A DNA stretch of 64,000 bases from an uncultured Dehalococcoidia bacterium (lineage in GTDB: Bacteria; Chloroflexota; Dehalococcoidia; Lucifugimonadales; GCA-2712585), in assembly GCA_964418665.1 (NCBI GenBank), contig CAYQLZ010000008.1, forward strand, positions 29,924 to 93,923, written 5' to 3'. The notes beneath the pieces were generated by a model. The model was not told the DNA's origin and made no database searches. It saw only the letters and a program-made list of their open reading frames with translations. The position numbers and the translations under genes were made by a program. Shown here in pieces: positions 46,904-56,574 of this stretch; within the stretch, counting starts at the first letter, position 1; the number at the start of each line of letters is the position of its first letter.

Positions 46904-48616
46904 CTACCTCCGTACCCGGGTTGGGGCATGCCAGAGTCCTGGACAGGTGCCCGTCGGGCATTCCTTGTCGTTCATGTGCTGTTCAAATTCTTCCCGGAAG
47001 TAGCGCACCGCCGAAGATACGGGGTTAAAGCCCAGCTGGCCGTGGCCACAAAGGGAACCGGCCTGCATACTGCGTCCCACACGGCCCATGAGCGCCATGT
47101 CTTCAGATGTGCTATCCATCCGGCATATGCGCTCCAGCACCTCCAGCAGATGGGTCATGCCAGTCCGGCAGGGGAAGCACTTGCCGCAAGACTCGTACTG
47201 GCAGAATGCGATGAGGGCGCGCGTCAAGTCCACTACGCAGGCGTCTTCGCTGGCTGCAATCAGACCGCCCGACCCCAGTATCGCCCCCGCCTTGGACATG
47301 GCGTCGAAGTCCAATGCAATGTCTAGCTCCACGGCGCTTAGAACGCCCCCTAGTGGTCCGCCAGTCTGGAGAAGCTTCAGAGACTTGCCGTTGGGTACGC
47401 CGCCGCCAATCTGGTCCACCACCTGCCGAAGAGTCATGCCCATGGGCACCTCGGCCATTCCGGTGTAGGCAAGGTCGCCGGATAGGCAGAGAATGGCGGT
47501 GCCCGTGCTGCGGTCCTGCCCGATTCCCGCAAACCACTGTCCGCCGTTCAGCACAATCTGGGGCACGTATGCCAGGGTTTTCACATTGTTGATATTACTG
47601 GGTTTGCCAAACAGGCCGATCTGGGCCGGGAAGGGAGGACGGTAGCGAGGCATGGCCCTCTTGCCTTCGATGGATTCCATCAACGCCGTCTCTTCGCCCG
47701 CCACGTAGGAGTCGCCCGTCAGAGAAACTTCAATGTCGAAGCAGTAGTTGGAGCCCAGGATGTTTCGCCCCAGAATCCCCAATTGACGCGCCTGTTCAAT
47801 TGCCCGCCAGGTGCGGTCAATGGGCCCGTCGTGCCCATGACGAATGAACACATATCCCATGGTCGCGCCGGTGGCATAACCCGCAAGAATCATCCCTTCT
47901 ATGAGGCTGTGCGGATCGCTTTCCAGAATCCCCTTGTCGTTGAAGGCGCCCGGGTCGCCTTCCTCGCAGTTGACCAGGATGTACTTCACCGGGGCGTTGG
48001 AGCCGGCAAGGAAGTTCCATTTGGTCCCCGTTGGAAATGCCGCCCCGCCCCTTCCCCGTAGTCCCGAATCGCTGACCTCCTGCCGCACCTCGTCGGGCGT
48101 CATTTCAGTGAGGGCTTTGTGCAGGGCAGCGTAGCCGTCATTCGCCACATATTGGTGAATGTCCATTGGGTCAACCTGGCCGGCGTTGCGTAGGGCGATC
48201 CGGCGCTGGGGTTTCATCATTGGATGGTCCCAGAAAGAGGGGATGTCCCCGTTCAGCTTGTTTCCCACGGCTCCCAGGGCCGCTTCGACTAGAGGTTCTC
48301 CATCCACAAGGTGCGTGTCAACTATGCGGGCTGCCAATTCGGGAGTCACGTTGCCGTACACTACGCGCGACCCGTCGGGCATCGATACGTCCACCAGCGG
48401 TTCCGCAAAGCAGGGCCCGAGGCAGCCCACTTCGCTGACCATGGCGGAGACGTGACGCTGATCCATCCGCTCAACGAGAGAGGCTATGACTGCGTCTGCT
48501 CCGGCGGCCTTGCCGCACAAGGCAGTGCCCACTCTTATCCAGGGGCGAGTTCCCTGGGTCAGAACGCGCCATCGTTCCTGGCCCTGGGACTTGATTTCTT
48601 CGAAGCTAGGAGGCAC
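46904..48616 (-). CDS. NuoF-like NADH-binding flavoprotein subunit with N-terminal thioredoxin-like extension
   Basis: GRGGAAFPTGTKW (FMN/NADH) and the C-terminal CGKCFPCRTG cluster. GTG at 48616 preceded by GGAGGG is preferred over the ORF-track start at 48664. Confidence 0.85.
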   Translation of the reverse strand: MPPSFEEIKSQGQERWRVLTQGTRPWIRVGTALCGKAAGADAVIASLVERMDQRHVSAMVSEVGCLGPCFAEPLVDVSMPDGSRVVYGNVTPELAARIVDTHLVDGEPLVEAALGAVGNKLNGDIPSFWDHPMMKPQRRIALRNAGQVDPMDIHQYVANDGYAALHKALTEMTPDEVRQEVSDSGLRGRGGAAFPTGTKWNFLAGSNAPVKYILVNCEEGDPGAFNDKGILESDPHSLIEGMILAGYATGATMGYVFIRHGHDGPIDRTWRAIEQARQLGILGRNILGSNYCFDIEVSLTGDSYVAGEETALMESIEGKRAMPRYRPPFPAQIGLFGKPSNINNVKTLAYVPQIVLNGGQWFAGIGQDRSTGTAILCLSGDLAYTGMAEVPMGMTLRQVVDQIGGGVPNGKSLKLLQTGGPLGGVLSAVELDIALDFDAMSKAGAILGSGGLIAASEDACVVDLTRALIAFCQYESCGKCFPCRTGMTHLLEVLERICRMDSTSEDMALMGRVGRSMQAGSLCGHGQLGFNPVSSAVRYFREEFEQHMNDKECPTGTCPGLWHAPTRVRR

Positions 48617-49157
48617 TTTCGCCCTCCGACGGGCGCCCGTTACTGATCTTTTCGAGGGCGTCACGCGCCCTTTCGGGCGACATTCTACCCATCAGGTGAT
48701 GGTCTATGCTGATGACGGGCCCGTTTGCGCACGCACCCAGGCAGGTATTGAATCTCAGGCTGACATTGCCGTCTTCGGTAGCGCCTTCTTCCTCGATGCC
48801 CAGTGACTCCAGGACCTGTCTAATGACAGGCATGACGCCCTTCACGTGACAGGTAGGGCCCCAGCACACCTCTACACGGTGCCGGCCGGGTGGCTCAAAC
48901 AGAAAGTTGGTGTAGAAGGAGGCCACGCCCCAAACGTCGTTGATCGTTGATCCCGTCGCCCGGGCGACTTCCTCCGCCGCCTCGGGGGGAATGTATCCCA
49001 ACTCGTCCTCCACCGCAAGGAGGCATGATAGTACAGTCACGGTTTCCGGCTTCTGGTCTCGGATGGCCAGAGCGGCGCGCTTACGCAGGGCTTCGGCGTC
49101 TGATGTCACAGGGTCTCCGGGATGATGGATTTGCAGACTATTAGTGGTGTCACGCAA
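48606..49157 (-). CDS. NuoE-like 2Fe-2S thioredoxin-fold subunit
   Basis: VLSCLLAVEDELGYIPPEA...EVCWGPTCHVKG...NTCLGACANGPV is the typical 24-kDa subunit Cys pattern. The start is uncertain (49157 TTG or 49109 GTG). Confidence 0.8.
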   Translation of the reverse strand: MRDTTNSLQIHHPGDPVTSDAEALRKRAALAIRDQKPETVTVLSCLLAVEDELGYIPPEAAEEVARATGSTINDVWGVASFYTNFLFEPPGRHRVEVCWGPTCHVKGVMPVIRQVLESLGIEEEGATEDGNVSLRFNTCLGACANGPVISIDHHLMGRMSPERARDALEKISNGRPSEGESAS

Positions 49158-49284
49158 TCTCCAATTTCGCTAATTGACATATCGCTGGAATGGTAGCACA
49201 GCCTTTTCCAGTGTTCAATTGTGGACATGAAGTGATTGGCTTTCCCTATGCCATCAGGGCCCATGCTGAAACTGCCCGAAATTG

Positions 49285-50610
49285 CTAAAGATGTCCGTGG
49301 TCCTGAATTACCAGGCCCGCCACCTCGCGGCCGAGCTTGACGCTGTAGTTGGTGCCCCTGTCTTCCGGGTATATCTGCGTGGTATTTGCCAAATACAAGC
49401 CCGGGATGGGGGTTCGCAGGTCCGGTATCTGCTGGCCGTAGTTAACGCCGATTATGGGCTGGGCTGCATCCACCTTGTGATGGTGGTAGTCGGTGATCCA
49501 GGAACGGTCAAACTCCGGGTTTATCCGGGAGAGATGGGGGAGATATTCCTCCAGGAGTTCGTTTGGAGTCATCTGGTAGATGGGTTCATCGGTGGCCGGA
49601 TAGTTGGTGAGATATATGACGTGATTGCCGCCGTAGAGTTCGGGTGAGACGAAATTCGTCTGCTCGATGATGCCTACGAAGGGGATGGAGCGGTCAGCAA
49701 TGTTCAACCAGTACTTCTCCGTGAGAGGGCGGTCCAGTACCAAAATGGCAAGCACCGCCGATAGATACGTGACGTTTGAAAGGAGTGCCCGGTAGTCCTC
49801 GGGAAGCATTGGGGCGAGGCGTGTGAACACGTAGGAAGGCGTTGTGGCTATTATGGCGTCGTAGCGTTTGGTTTCCGGTTCGCTGCCACGCGTCTGCACC
49901 TCAAGGCCCACGGCTCGTCCGTCTTCGACGATTACCCGCCTCACTCCGGTGGAGAGGCGCACGTCGCCTCCCAAGCGCTTAATCTCCCTGTCCAGCGCAT
50001 CGAAAATCTCCTCGAAGCTCCCAATGGGGTATCCCAGCTTCTCCTTCTCCCAGATGCGTTCTCTGGAAGCTACTCGGAGGTAAATCTTACCCCAGAGCCA
50101 CGCCATGCTGACCTTATCGTAGTGACGACCGAATTTTCCGCGCAACATGGGCTCCCAGATAACCTCGTACGGGCGTCGTCCGACCCGTCGCTGGAGCCAT
50201 TCCAGAGCGGTCACATCCTCAAAGCGCTGCCAGTTCTTTGTCTTCTGCAGGTACAGGGTGACGAGGCCTAGTCGAATTCTGTCCACGAGGCTGAGAGGCG
50301 AAAAAGTCAGTAGGTCTTTGGGAGAAGCGAAGTTCCAGATTCGGTCGCCGTGAAAGAGGCCGACTTTGGATTCGATCCAGTGCAGTCTGGACCCCAGTCC
50401 CAGCTGGTGTATCAGGTCTACAATGTCGGTGTCGCTCTTGAACAGGTGGTGGTAGCCCTTCTCCAGCAGACCGCCGCCCACCTTAAAGGTCGAAGCCTGT
50501 CCCCCAAGGAATGTAGCCACTTCGAAAACGTCCGTCTTATGGCCCTTCAGTCCGAGTTCATAGGCGGCTGCAAGGCCGAGGGCTCCGCCGCCAATAATTG
50601 CTACCTTCAA
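49285..50610 (-). CDS. FAD-dependent oxidoreductase (amine oxidase / phytoene desaturase-like)
   Basis: N-terminal dinucleotide motif KVAIIGGGALGLAAAYEL. 441 aa. Confidence 0.75.
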   Translation of the reverse strand: MKVAIIGGGALGLAAAYELGLKGHKTDVFEVATFLGGQASTFKVGGGLLEKGYHHLFKSDTDIVDLIHQLGLGSRLHWIESKVGLFHGDRIWNFASPKDLLTFSPLSLVDRIRLGLVTLYLQKTKNWQRFEDVTALEWLQRRVGRRPYEVIWEPMLRGKFGRHYDKVSMAWLWGKIYLRVASRERIWEKEKLGYPIGSFEEIFDALDREIKRLGGDVRLSTGVRRVIVEDGRAVGLEVQTRGSEPETKRYDAIIATTPSYVFTRLAPMLPEDYRALLSNVTYLSAVLAILVLDRPLTEKYWLNIADRSIPFVGIIEQTNFVSPELYGGNHVIYLTNYPATDEPIYQMTPNELLEEYLPHLSRINPEFDRSWITDYHHHKVDAAQPIIGVNYGQQIPDLRTPIPGLYLANTTQIYPEDRGTNYSVKLGREVAGLVIQDHGHL

Positions 50611-50637
50611 CGCGCCTCCTGACTCCCGGTCAACAGC

Positions 50638-51717
50638 TTAAACCTCCTCGCGGCTCAAACGGGGATAGCCCTTTTCATCCCGGCGCATCAGCCGTGAGAG
50701 GGAAAGGTTGCCGAACCAGAGATATATCAGCCCAAGGACGGTTACAGGCAGAAGGGCCGTCACGTGCACAAGGACGGCGTAAGCCCCAGCCACTCCTTCG
50801 CCGCCGCCGGGTCCGCCCCCCAGGCCAACCAGCGCAAGAGCCGCCACAGCTGGCGCCTCGAAGGTGCCGAGAGAGCCTGGTGAAGAGGGTATGGAGGTGG
50901 CAAGGTTGGAGACCGCGGTCACCAGGACGACTACGGGTATTACCATGGCGGCAGGTTCGAAATATGTTGGGAGGTCGAAAGACAGGGCGACAACGAGATA
51001 CATGCTCCCCTCAAGCAACCAAACGGGAAGAGAGAGCAGAAACAGCCCTAGGTGCCTTTTCGGTTCCTTGAGGACGGATAGTCCTTCTATGAACATTGCT
51101 ATCAGTTCGCGGGCCTTGGGCCGTAGAGGCTTGGGCAGCAGGTTTGCCAGCCTTTCGATAAACCCGCTGAAACCTGGATAGAGGGCTATGAGGGTTAGGA
51201 CGACAATCGCGGAGATGAATACGAGGGCTGTGATCCCACCAGCCACTGCCCAGGTGATTTCTGAAGTGGTGCCCGATCCGTCCACGATTCCGCCAAAGAT
51301 AAGGAAGGGTACTGCCAGCGCAACCAGAAAGAGGAGGGTCAAACCGTCGTAGATCCTCTCTACAACGACGGTTGCCAATCCTGTGCTGGTGCTCAGCCCC
51401 TCCCGCCGGCTGAGGTAGTATGCCCTGGCAAGCTCCCCAAGACGGGCGGGAAGCAGGTTGTTGGCCATATAGCCGACGGTCACCACGGGAAATAGGCGCG
51501 CGACGGGAATGCGACTCACCGGCGTAAGCAGGAACTGCCATCGCACGGACCGGAAGAATAGCGCCACGAAATAAAGAGCAATGGCGGGGACAATAAAGCG
51601 GTACTTGGCAGATGCAAGCGCATGTCCCATCTCCCCCAAGTCTACGATCAGGAAGAACAGAAGAACAAAGGCGAGGCTGACCGCGATTCCAAGAACAAAT
51701 CGTCGGCTTGCTAGCAA
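50638..51717 (-). CDS. UPF0104 / lysylphosphatidylglycerol-synthase-TM-region (flippase-like) membrane protein
   Basis: 359 aa and about 8 TM. RWQFLL...GYMANNLLPARLGELARAYYL is characteristic of the flippase-like domain family. Confidence 0.7.
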   Translation of the reverse strand: MLASRRFVLGIAVSLAFVLLFFLIVDLGEMGHALASAKYRFIVPAIALYFVALFFRSVRWQFLLTPVSRIPVARLFPVVTVGYMANNLLPARLGELARAYYLSRREGLSTSTGLATVVVERIYDGLTLLFLVALAVPFLIFGGIVDGSGTTSEITWAVAGGITALVFISAIVVLTLIALYPGFSGFIERLANLLPKPLRPKARELIAMFIEGLSVLKEPKRHLGLFLLSLPVWLLEGSMYLVVALSFDLPTYFEPAAMVIPVVVLVTAVSNLATSIPSSPGSLGTFEAPAVAALALVGLGGGPGGGEGVAGAYAVLVHVTALLPVTVLGLIYLWFGNLSLSRLMRRDEKGYPRLSREEV

Positions 51718-51820
51718 AATGTTTCTCCCCCGTTCATGCCTCTCTCATTCTCATGGCACCGTAAAAGTATAGCCGGGAATAAGCAGTCTGTCTTTAATGT
51801 GGAACTAACCGACTTTAGAC

Positions 51821-54205
51821 TTAAATTTCTCGGGGTCGGTAGTTGTAAAACTTGGAGTCCCACCATTCTTCGTCGATTCTGCGGTAGAGGATGTAGTCCA
51901 GGGCGTCACTCCATGCGACGCGGCGAGGCGCCATATTGACTGCGAACTTTGTGTCCAGCCACAGCTCTTCCAGGAAGTGCTCTTCCTTCCGTCGTTCGCC
52001 GGGTCGCCGGTACACCTCCGGGAACCACAGAAGCTCTCTGAAGGAGCCGTCTCTCTTGTATTCCGATAGATTGTCATGGTACTTGTACCCGTTTTCGTCT
52101 AGAAGCATCAATCCCTGGGCTGTCGGCGGGTCAGAAATCTCCAGGCAGCCAGGTTCGTCGCCATAACAGTTGTATTGGATGAACTCGTCGTCGCGTACAT
52201 ACCAGTTCAGGGGATACCAGAGCTCGTAGTCCACGTGCAGCTTTGCGTCGGGCTCCTGCAGGTATGGTTGTCCGCGGAGATCGTTGGCCACCTCTCGCAG
52301 CTCCGCACTGGCCCCGGCGTACACAATCATTTCTATGGATTCGTCGTCGCTGACCCAGCCTGCACGGAGGGCCACGAAGGCCGTGAAACCGAGTAGCAGA
52401 ACTGTAACTCCGAGGCCTCCGAGAGCAAGTCCGCGCCGGACTCCCAGTTTATCCAGTAATGCGCTGAAGAATAGAGCAAGGACTACGACAGTTGCCAGGC
52501 TCGACCAGCCGGCAATCGTGTTGATGCCTTCGGGATCGAGCAGACGCAACATGAGGTTCACCAAGGCGGCCAGAAGCAGCGGGCCAACGAGGATAATCGC
52601 GCCACGAAGGCTTGGAAAAAGCCTACGCCAGGATAGCCGCTCCAGCGCCTCACCGAGGAATTTGGCCGAGAGAATGATAAACGGCAGCGTGATATTGACG
52701 AGCAGCCAGGGCATCTTTTCGCTGGCCACCGTGTATGCCGCGAATGTGACGAGGGACCAGAATACGAGGAACAACGAGAGACGGCTGCGGTTTCTCAGAT
52801 AGTAGACAATGGCGACCATTCCCACCAGCAAAGGGAGGAACTCGTACACGGAGCCGATGAGCAGGTAGTAGTACCAGGGTTGATTGCCGCGGGCCACCTC
52901 CTGCTGGGCGAGCCAGTAGCCAAGGCCCTGCCAAACGCCGGTAAAAGCCCCGCCGAACCGGGAGCACGCCGATTCTACGGTGTCATTCAAAGCGGACGGG
53001 CACTCCGTGAAGGGACGGCCAAAGGCCCCGAAGACTGCGGTGTAGAAGAATAGCCAGACGGTGTAGAAGATTGCCGCGCAGGCAAGCCACACACGCCATC
53101 GCCACATAATTCCGATGGCCACCGAGACAGCGGAGACCAGGAACAGCACAACGCCTGCGGTGAGATATGTACGGGCAATTTCCAGTTCTGACAAAGACAT
53201 TGCGGCATAGAGCAGCGATATAGCGGCAACGGCGAGGAATGATGCAACGGCATATCTGACGCTGTATCGGGCGAGATATAGGGACGCAAGGGCAAGTGCA
53301 ACGATGGCACCGCGAATTATGTGGTGGAAAAACCCAAGGTCGGCAAATATGCCTAGGTTGACGAAGGGTTCTCCCCAGAGGGGAAGGCCTGTTGGGTTTG
53401 AGGGATCGTCCCCGGAGTAGGCGAGAACCAGGCTTTCGCCAAATAGGCCTTGGAATACGGATACCAAAGCCGCCCACTGGGGCAGCGTCAGTGTGACTAG
53501 AAGTAGAAGAAACACTCCCGGTCGGGTAAGTCGGGACAAGCTGAACCGGTCCATGGCTCCGGAACGCAGGTCGTTTACCGCGAGGATGAAGAGGAAGAGG
53601 CCGAATATGGCCACAATAATGTAGGCGGTCTCCTTGGAAGCGAAGGCCAGCGCCAGCACGGCAGACGCCATATACAGGTACCGGTTTTTCCCTTCCTGCA
53701 AATAGCGCCACATCAGGATGGCGAGGCCCAGGGCAAAGACTGCCATGTAGATGTCGTTGCGGGAGTAGCGGCTGAAGTAGAAGAGAGCCGGCGAAAAGGC
53801 CAGCATTACGGCTGCAAGCAACGCTCCCGTGCGCCCGATGTAGTCGCGGAAGAAGTAGGGAAGTCCGACCAGCGTCACCCCGAAGATTACGTAGGTAATG
53901 CGGACGGTAAAATCGCTGTCCCAGAATATGGCGAATACAGCGGAATTGAGGAAAAACTGCAACGGACCGTGGATCCAGGGTTCGTGACGGTAACCGTCTC
54001 CAACGAATAGCTGCCAGCTGTAGTAAGCGTGGAGACCCTCGTCGTAATGAATAGGTCGGCCTCCAAGATCCCATAGGCGAAGAGCGAGTGCCAGCAGCAT
54101 GATTACGCCGAACGCTGCCATATAGGGGGAGATGCCTAGCTTTTCCAAGGATTCCAGAACTCGCAGCGGCAGGCGAAAAGGGGAAATGGTTGCTGTGCTA
54201 TTCAA
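51821..54205 (-). CDS. GT-C fold (family 39 / ArnT-like) membrane glycosyltransferase-like protein, TIGR03663-type
   Basis: 794 aa and polytopic. The N-terminal loop HYDEGLHAYYSWQ is GT39-like. It is adjacent to a DUF2298 gene, the reported pairing for TIGR03663/TIGR03662. Confidence 0.6.
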   Translation of the reverse strand: MNSTATISPFRLPLRVLESLEKLGISPYMAAFGVIMLLALALRLWDLGGRPIHYDEGLHAYYSWQLFVGDGYRHEPWIHGPLQFFLNSAVFAIFWDSDFTVRITYVIFGVTLVGLPYFFRDYIGRTGALLAAVMLAFSPALFYFSRYSRNDIYMAVFALGLAILMWRYLQEGKNRYLYMASAVLALAFASKETAYIIVAIFGLFLFILAVNDLRSGAMDRFSLSRLTRPGVFLLLLVTLTLPQWAALVSVFQGLFGESLVLAYSGDDPSNPTGLPLWGEPFVNLGIFADLGFFHHIIRGAIVALALASLYLARYSVRYAVASFLAVAAISLLYAAMSLSELEIARTYLTAGVVLFLVSAVSVAIGIMWRWRVWLACAAIFYTVWLFFYTAVFGAFGRPFTECPSALNDTVESACSRFGGAFTGVWQGLGYWLAQQEVARGNQPWYYYLLIGSVYEFLPLLVGMVAIVYYLRNRSRLSLFLVFWSLVTFAAYTVASEKMPWLLVNITLPFIILSAKFLGEALERLSWRRLFPSLRGAIILVGPLLLAALVNLMLRLLDPEGINTIAGWSSLATVVVLALFFSALLDKLGVRRGLALGGLGVTVLLLGFTAFVALRAGWVSDDESIEMIVYAGASAELREVANDLRGQPYLQEPDAKLHVDYELWYPLNWYVRDDEFIQYNCYGDEPGCLEISDPPTAQGLMLLDENGYKYHDNLSEYKRDGSFRELLWFPEVYRRPGERRKEEHFLEELWLDTKFAVNMAPRRVAWSDALDYILYRRIDEEWWDSKFYNYRPREI

Positions 54206-56541
54206 GATTCAGACTTCCTCTCGAATACAACTACGTCGCCGCTTCTGAAATAGACTCGCATGGAGTGCAGAAACTTCTCCTCGTCTACCGGGCCGTAGGT
54301 AGCCCGCTCTCTGGCACCAAGATATACGTATCGAACGTCATATTTGTCAAGGAGATTTGTGAATTCTGATGGGTTGATTGTCTGATAAATGGACGCCACG
54401 TCCTCTTCCCGTCCGGCGAGTGGGAGATGGGAGCCGCGCCACTGAGCTTCGTGCCCAGGCCAGTTGAGGATGGAAGGAAGCCCAGTACTTGAGGCGATGC
54501 GTCCGAATTCTGAATAAGAAGATCCCACGGCTTCCACCAGCACCCCCCTGGGAGCGTTGTCACGTAAGCGCATGATTGCATCGTATTCGTCGGCAGCGTT
54601 TTGTTTGACGAATGCCAATCCATCTAAATTAGCGGGGTCTGAAGAACTCTGAATTCTGTCCAGAGCAGCACCGACGGGATAGTAGAGAGAGCTTAGTACC
54701 AACACTGAGACCAGGCCCACCCAGGCGTAGTCGGCAATTCGCAGGGTAGGGACCTTCGGCAGGGGTTGGGAAAACCAGTAGTAAATGCCAAATGCCGAAG
54801 CAACCGCTAGAAGCAGCCAGGCGTGGTAGTAGAGCTTGAACACAGTGTTCATCCTCAATGGGAAGAAGTCCTCGACGTAAAAGAGTTCTGCACCCATGAG
54901 TAGATAGAGTCCTAGGGCACCCAAGGAAAGACCGAACACCAGGGACACCGAACCTGTTCTGGACCGAGCGAGGGCGCTATAGATTGCAAGTCCAATGAGG
55001 AACATGATAGGGAGCAACTTTGCCAGGCGGGAGCCGACAAGCGTTATGGCGGAATATAGTCCACTGTCGAGTGCTTCGAGAGGTAGCACCACGGCCGCCC
55101 AGATCAGAAATGGGAGTACGGTTATACCTAGGGTGAGTGACAAAAGTGAATGTGCAATTCGTCCAGTGTTCGGGAGGCTCCAGAATTGGCGCAGCAGCAC
55201 CATTGAAATGATGGTGAGAAACAGTCCCCAAATGAGCAGGAAGTGCAGGGGACGGGTGCTGACTTCTCTTAGGGGTACAATGCCGGAGGCTTGGCTTTCC
55301 AGGTTCAGATAGAAGGGGAGGAATAGAACCACGGCGGCGATGAGAATTGGCACACCGACAATAGACGCGTTGAGCAGGGCTGTCCCCAGGCCGGCGCACC
55401 GTTGTTGCAGTCCCGTCAGAAGCAAGGTGGCAAGAAAGAGCACGCCAACAGTCGGAATATCCCACGTATTGATGAATCCGAGGGCGCCAATGGACAGCGC
55501 GAGGGCTGCGCTCTGCCATGGATTGCGACGAAGCCAACCCAGCCCAGGAGGATCTTTGGTGAGTAGAGTATTCAAAATCAGACCCAGAGCGAGGGCGACG
55601 AAAGGCAAAGCCATTACGTGGGCGTGGAGGTCTCCCAGAAGGAAACTGAAAAAGGGAAACTCGGTGATAGTGTAATCCAGGCTTCTTCCGTCAACGACTG
55701 TGTCAATTACCCGAGTGTCACGCCACCACCAGTTGAACTGTTCTGGAAACAGGCCGCCTCCGTGGGAGACCTTTAGATATTTGATGCCAATCCACTCCCA
55801 AAAGTTATGATCTCCCCAGCCTCTGGCCTGAATGAAATGCAGAATTCCTACAAGGTTGCTGAGCATTCCTACGAAGACCGGGCCCACTAACGCTAACAAG
55901 CCCGCCTTAAGACGGGAAGTGCCGGCCAGTCGGATCAAGTTATATATCAATCCATAAACGGCTATTGACGCCAGGGCTGGAATGAGGGGCATTGCAAGGT
56001 TGTAGGTGACGTTGGAGGGCAGGCCGGACAGAATGGTCAACCCGCTCATAGCCAGATGTCCGAAGTGGTAGTAGTTAACGGGGTGGCCGGCAAGCCAGAA
56101 GTCCTCTGGAGGGTAGCTTGAAGCGTGAACAAGGACGTTGAGGAATCCAAAGTCCATGGGCTTTTCTGTGTGATTGATGGCCGGGACTTGCGCCGCGACA
56201 AGAGTCCAACCGATAAGTATGGCGATGAATAGGGCTTCTGATGCTAGCAAGTGCCATTTTTGCCCCTTTACGAACTTCAACAGCTCGTATCGACGGCGCC
56301 AGGCTAGCCAGCCGGACGGTGCGGCTATTGCAAACAAGGCCACCGCGACCGCGACGTGAGAATTGGGAGAAATGCCTGCGAGTCCGACCAGCCAAAGGAG
56401 ATAGCTGAAAAGCAGAATGCCCAGGATCTTGCTGAAAGTTGCTCCCCTATCAGGGAGCCGTTTGAACAGCCCGTGGGCGAGAGGAAAAGCAAGAAGGCCC
56501 AGAAGCTCCACCACCAGGAGCCAGATTAGGAAGCTACTCAC
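54202..56541 (-). CDS. DUF2298 (Chlor_Arch_YYY, TIGR03662-type) polytopic membrane protein
   Basis: 779 aa and more than 15 TM. The HPVNYYHFGH motif is present. The stop overlaps the start of the next gene (ATGA). Confidence 0.6.
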   Translation of the reverse strand: MSSFLIWLLVVELLGLLAFPLAHGLFKRLPDRGATFSKILGILLFSYLLWLVGLAGISPNSHVAVAVALFAIAAPSGWLAWRRRYELLKFVKGQKWHLLASEALFIAILIGWTLVAAQVPAINHTEKPMDFGFLNVLVHASSYPPEDFWLAGHPVNYYHFGHLAMSGLTILSGLPSNVTYNLAMPLIPALASIAVYGLIYNLIRLAGTSRLKAGLLALVGPVFVGMLSNLVGILHFIQARGWGDHNFWEWIGIKYLKVSHGGGLFPEQFNWWWRDTRVIDTVVDGRSLDYTITEFPFFSFLLGDLHAHVMALPFVALALGLILNTLLTKDPPGLGWLRRNPWQSAALALSIGALGFINTWDIPTVGVLFLATLLLTGLQQRCAGLGTALLNASIVGVPILIAAVVLFLPFYLNLESQASGIVPLREVSTRPLHFLLIWGLFLTIISMVLLRQFWSLPNTGRIAHSLLSLTLGITVLPFLIWAAVVLPLEALDSGLYSAITLVGSRLAKLLPIMFLIGLAIYSALARSRTGSVSLVFGLSLGALGLYLLMGAELFYVEDFFPLRMNTVFKLYYHAWLLLAVASAFGIYYWFSQPLPKVPTLRIADYAWVGLVSVLVLSSLYYPVGAALDRIQSSSDPANLDGLAFVKQNAADEYDAIMRLRDNAPRGVLVEAVGSSYSEFGRIASSTGLPSILNWPGHEAQWRGSHLPLAGREEDVASIYQTINPSEFTNLLDKYDVRYVYLGARERATYGPVDEEKFLHSMRVYFRSGDVVVFERKSES

Positions 56542-56574
56542 TGGAACTTGTGCGGGAGAAACCGCATGGTGACG

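Noticed and set aside
48617-48664. Upstream start (48664) for the NuoF-like gene.
   Set aside because: It would overlap the NuoE-like gene by 59 nt. The GTG at 48616 has a GGAGGG SD at proper spacing.
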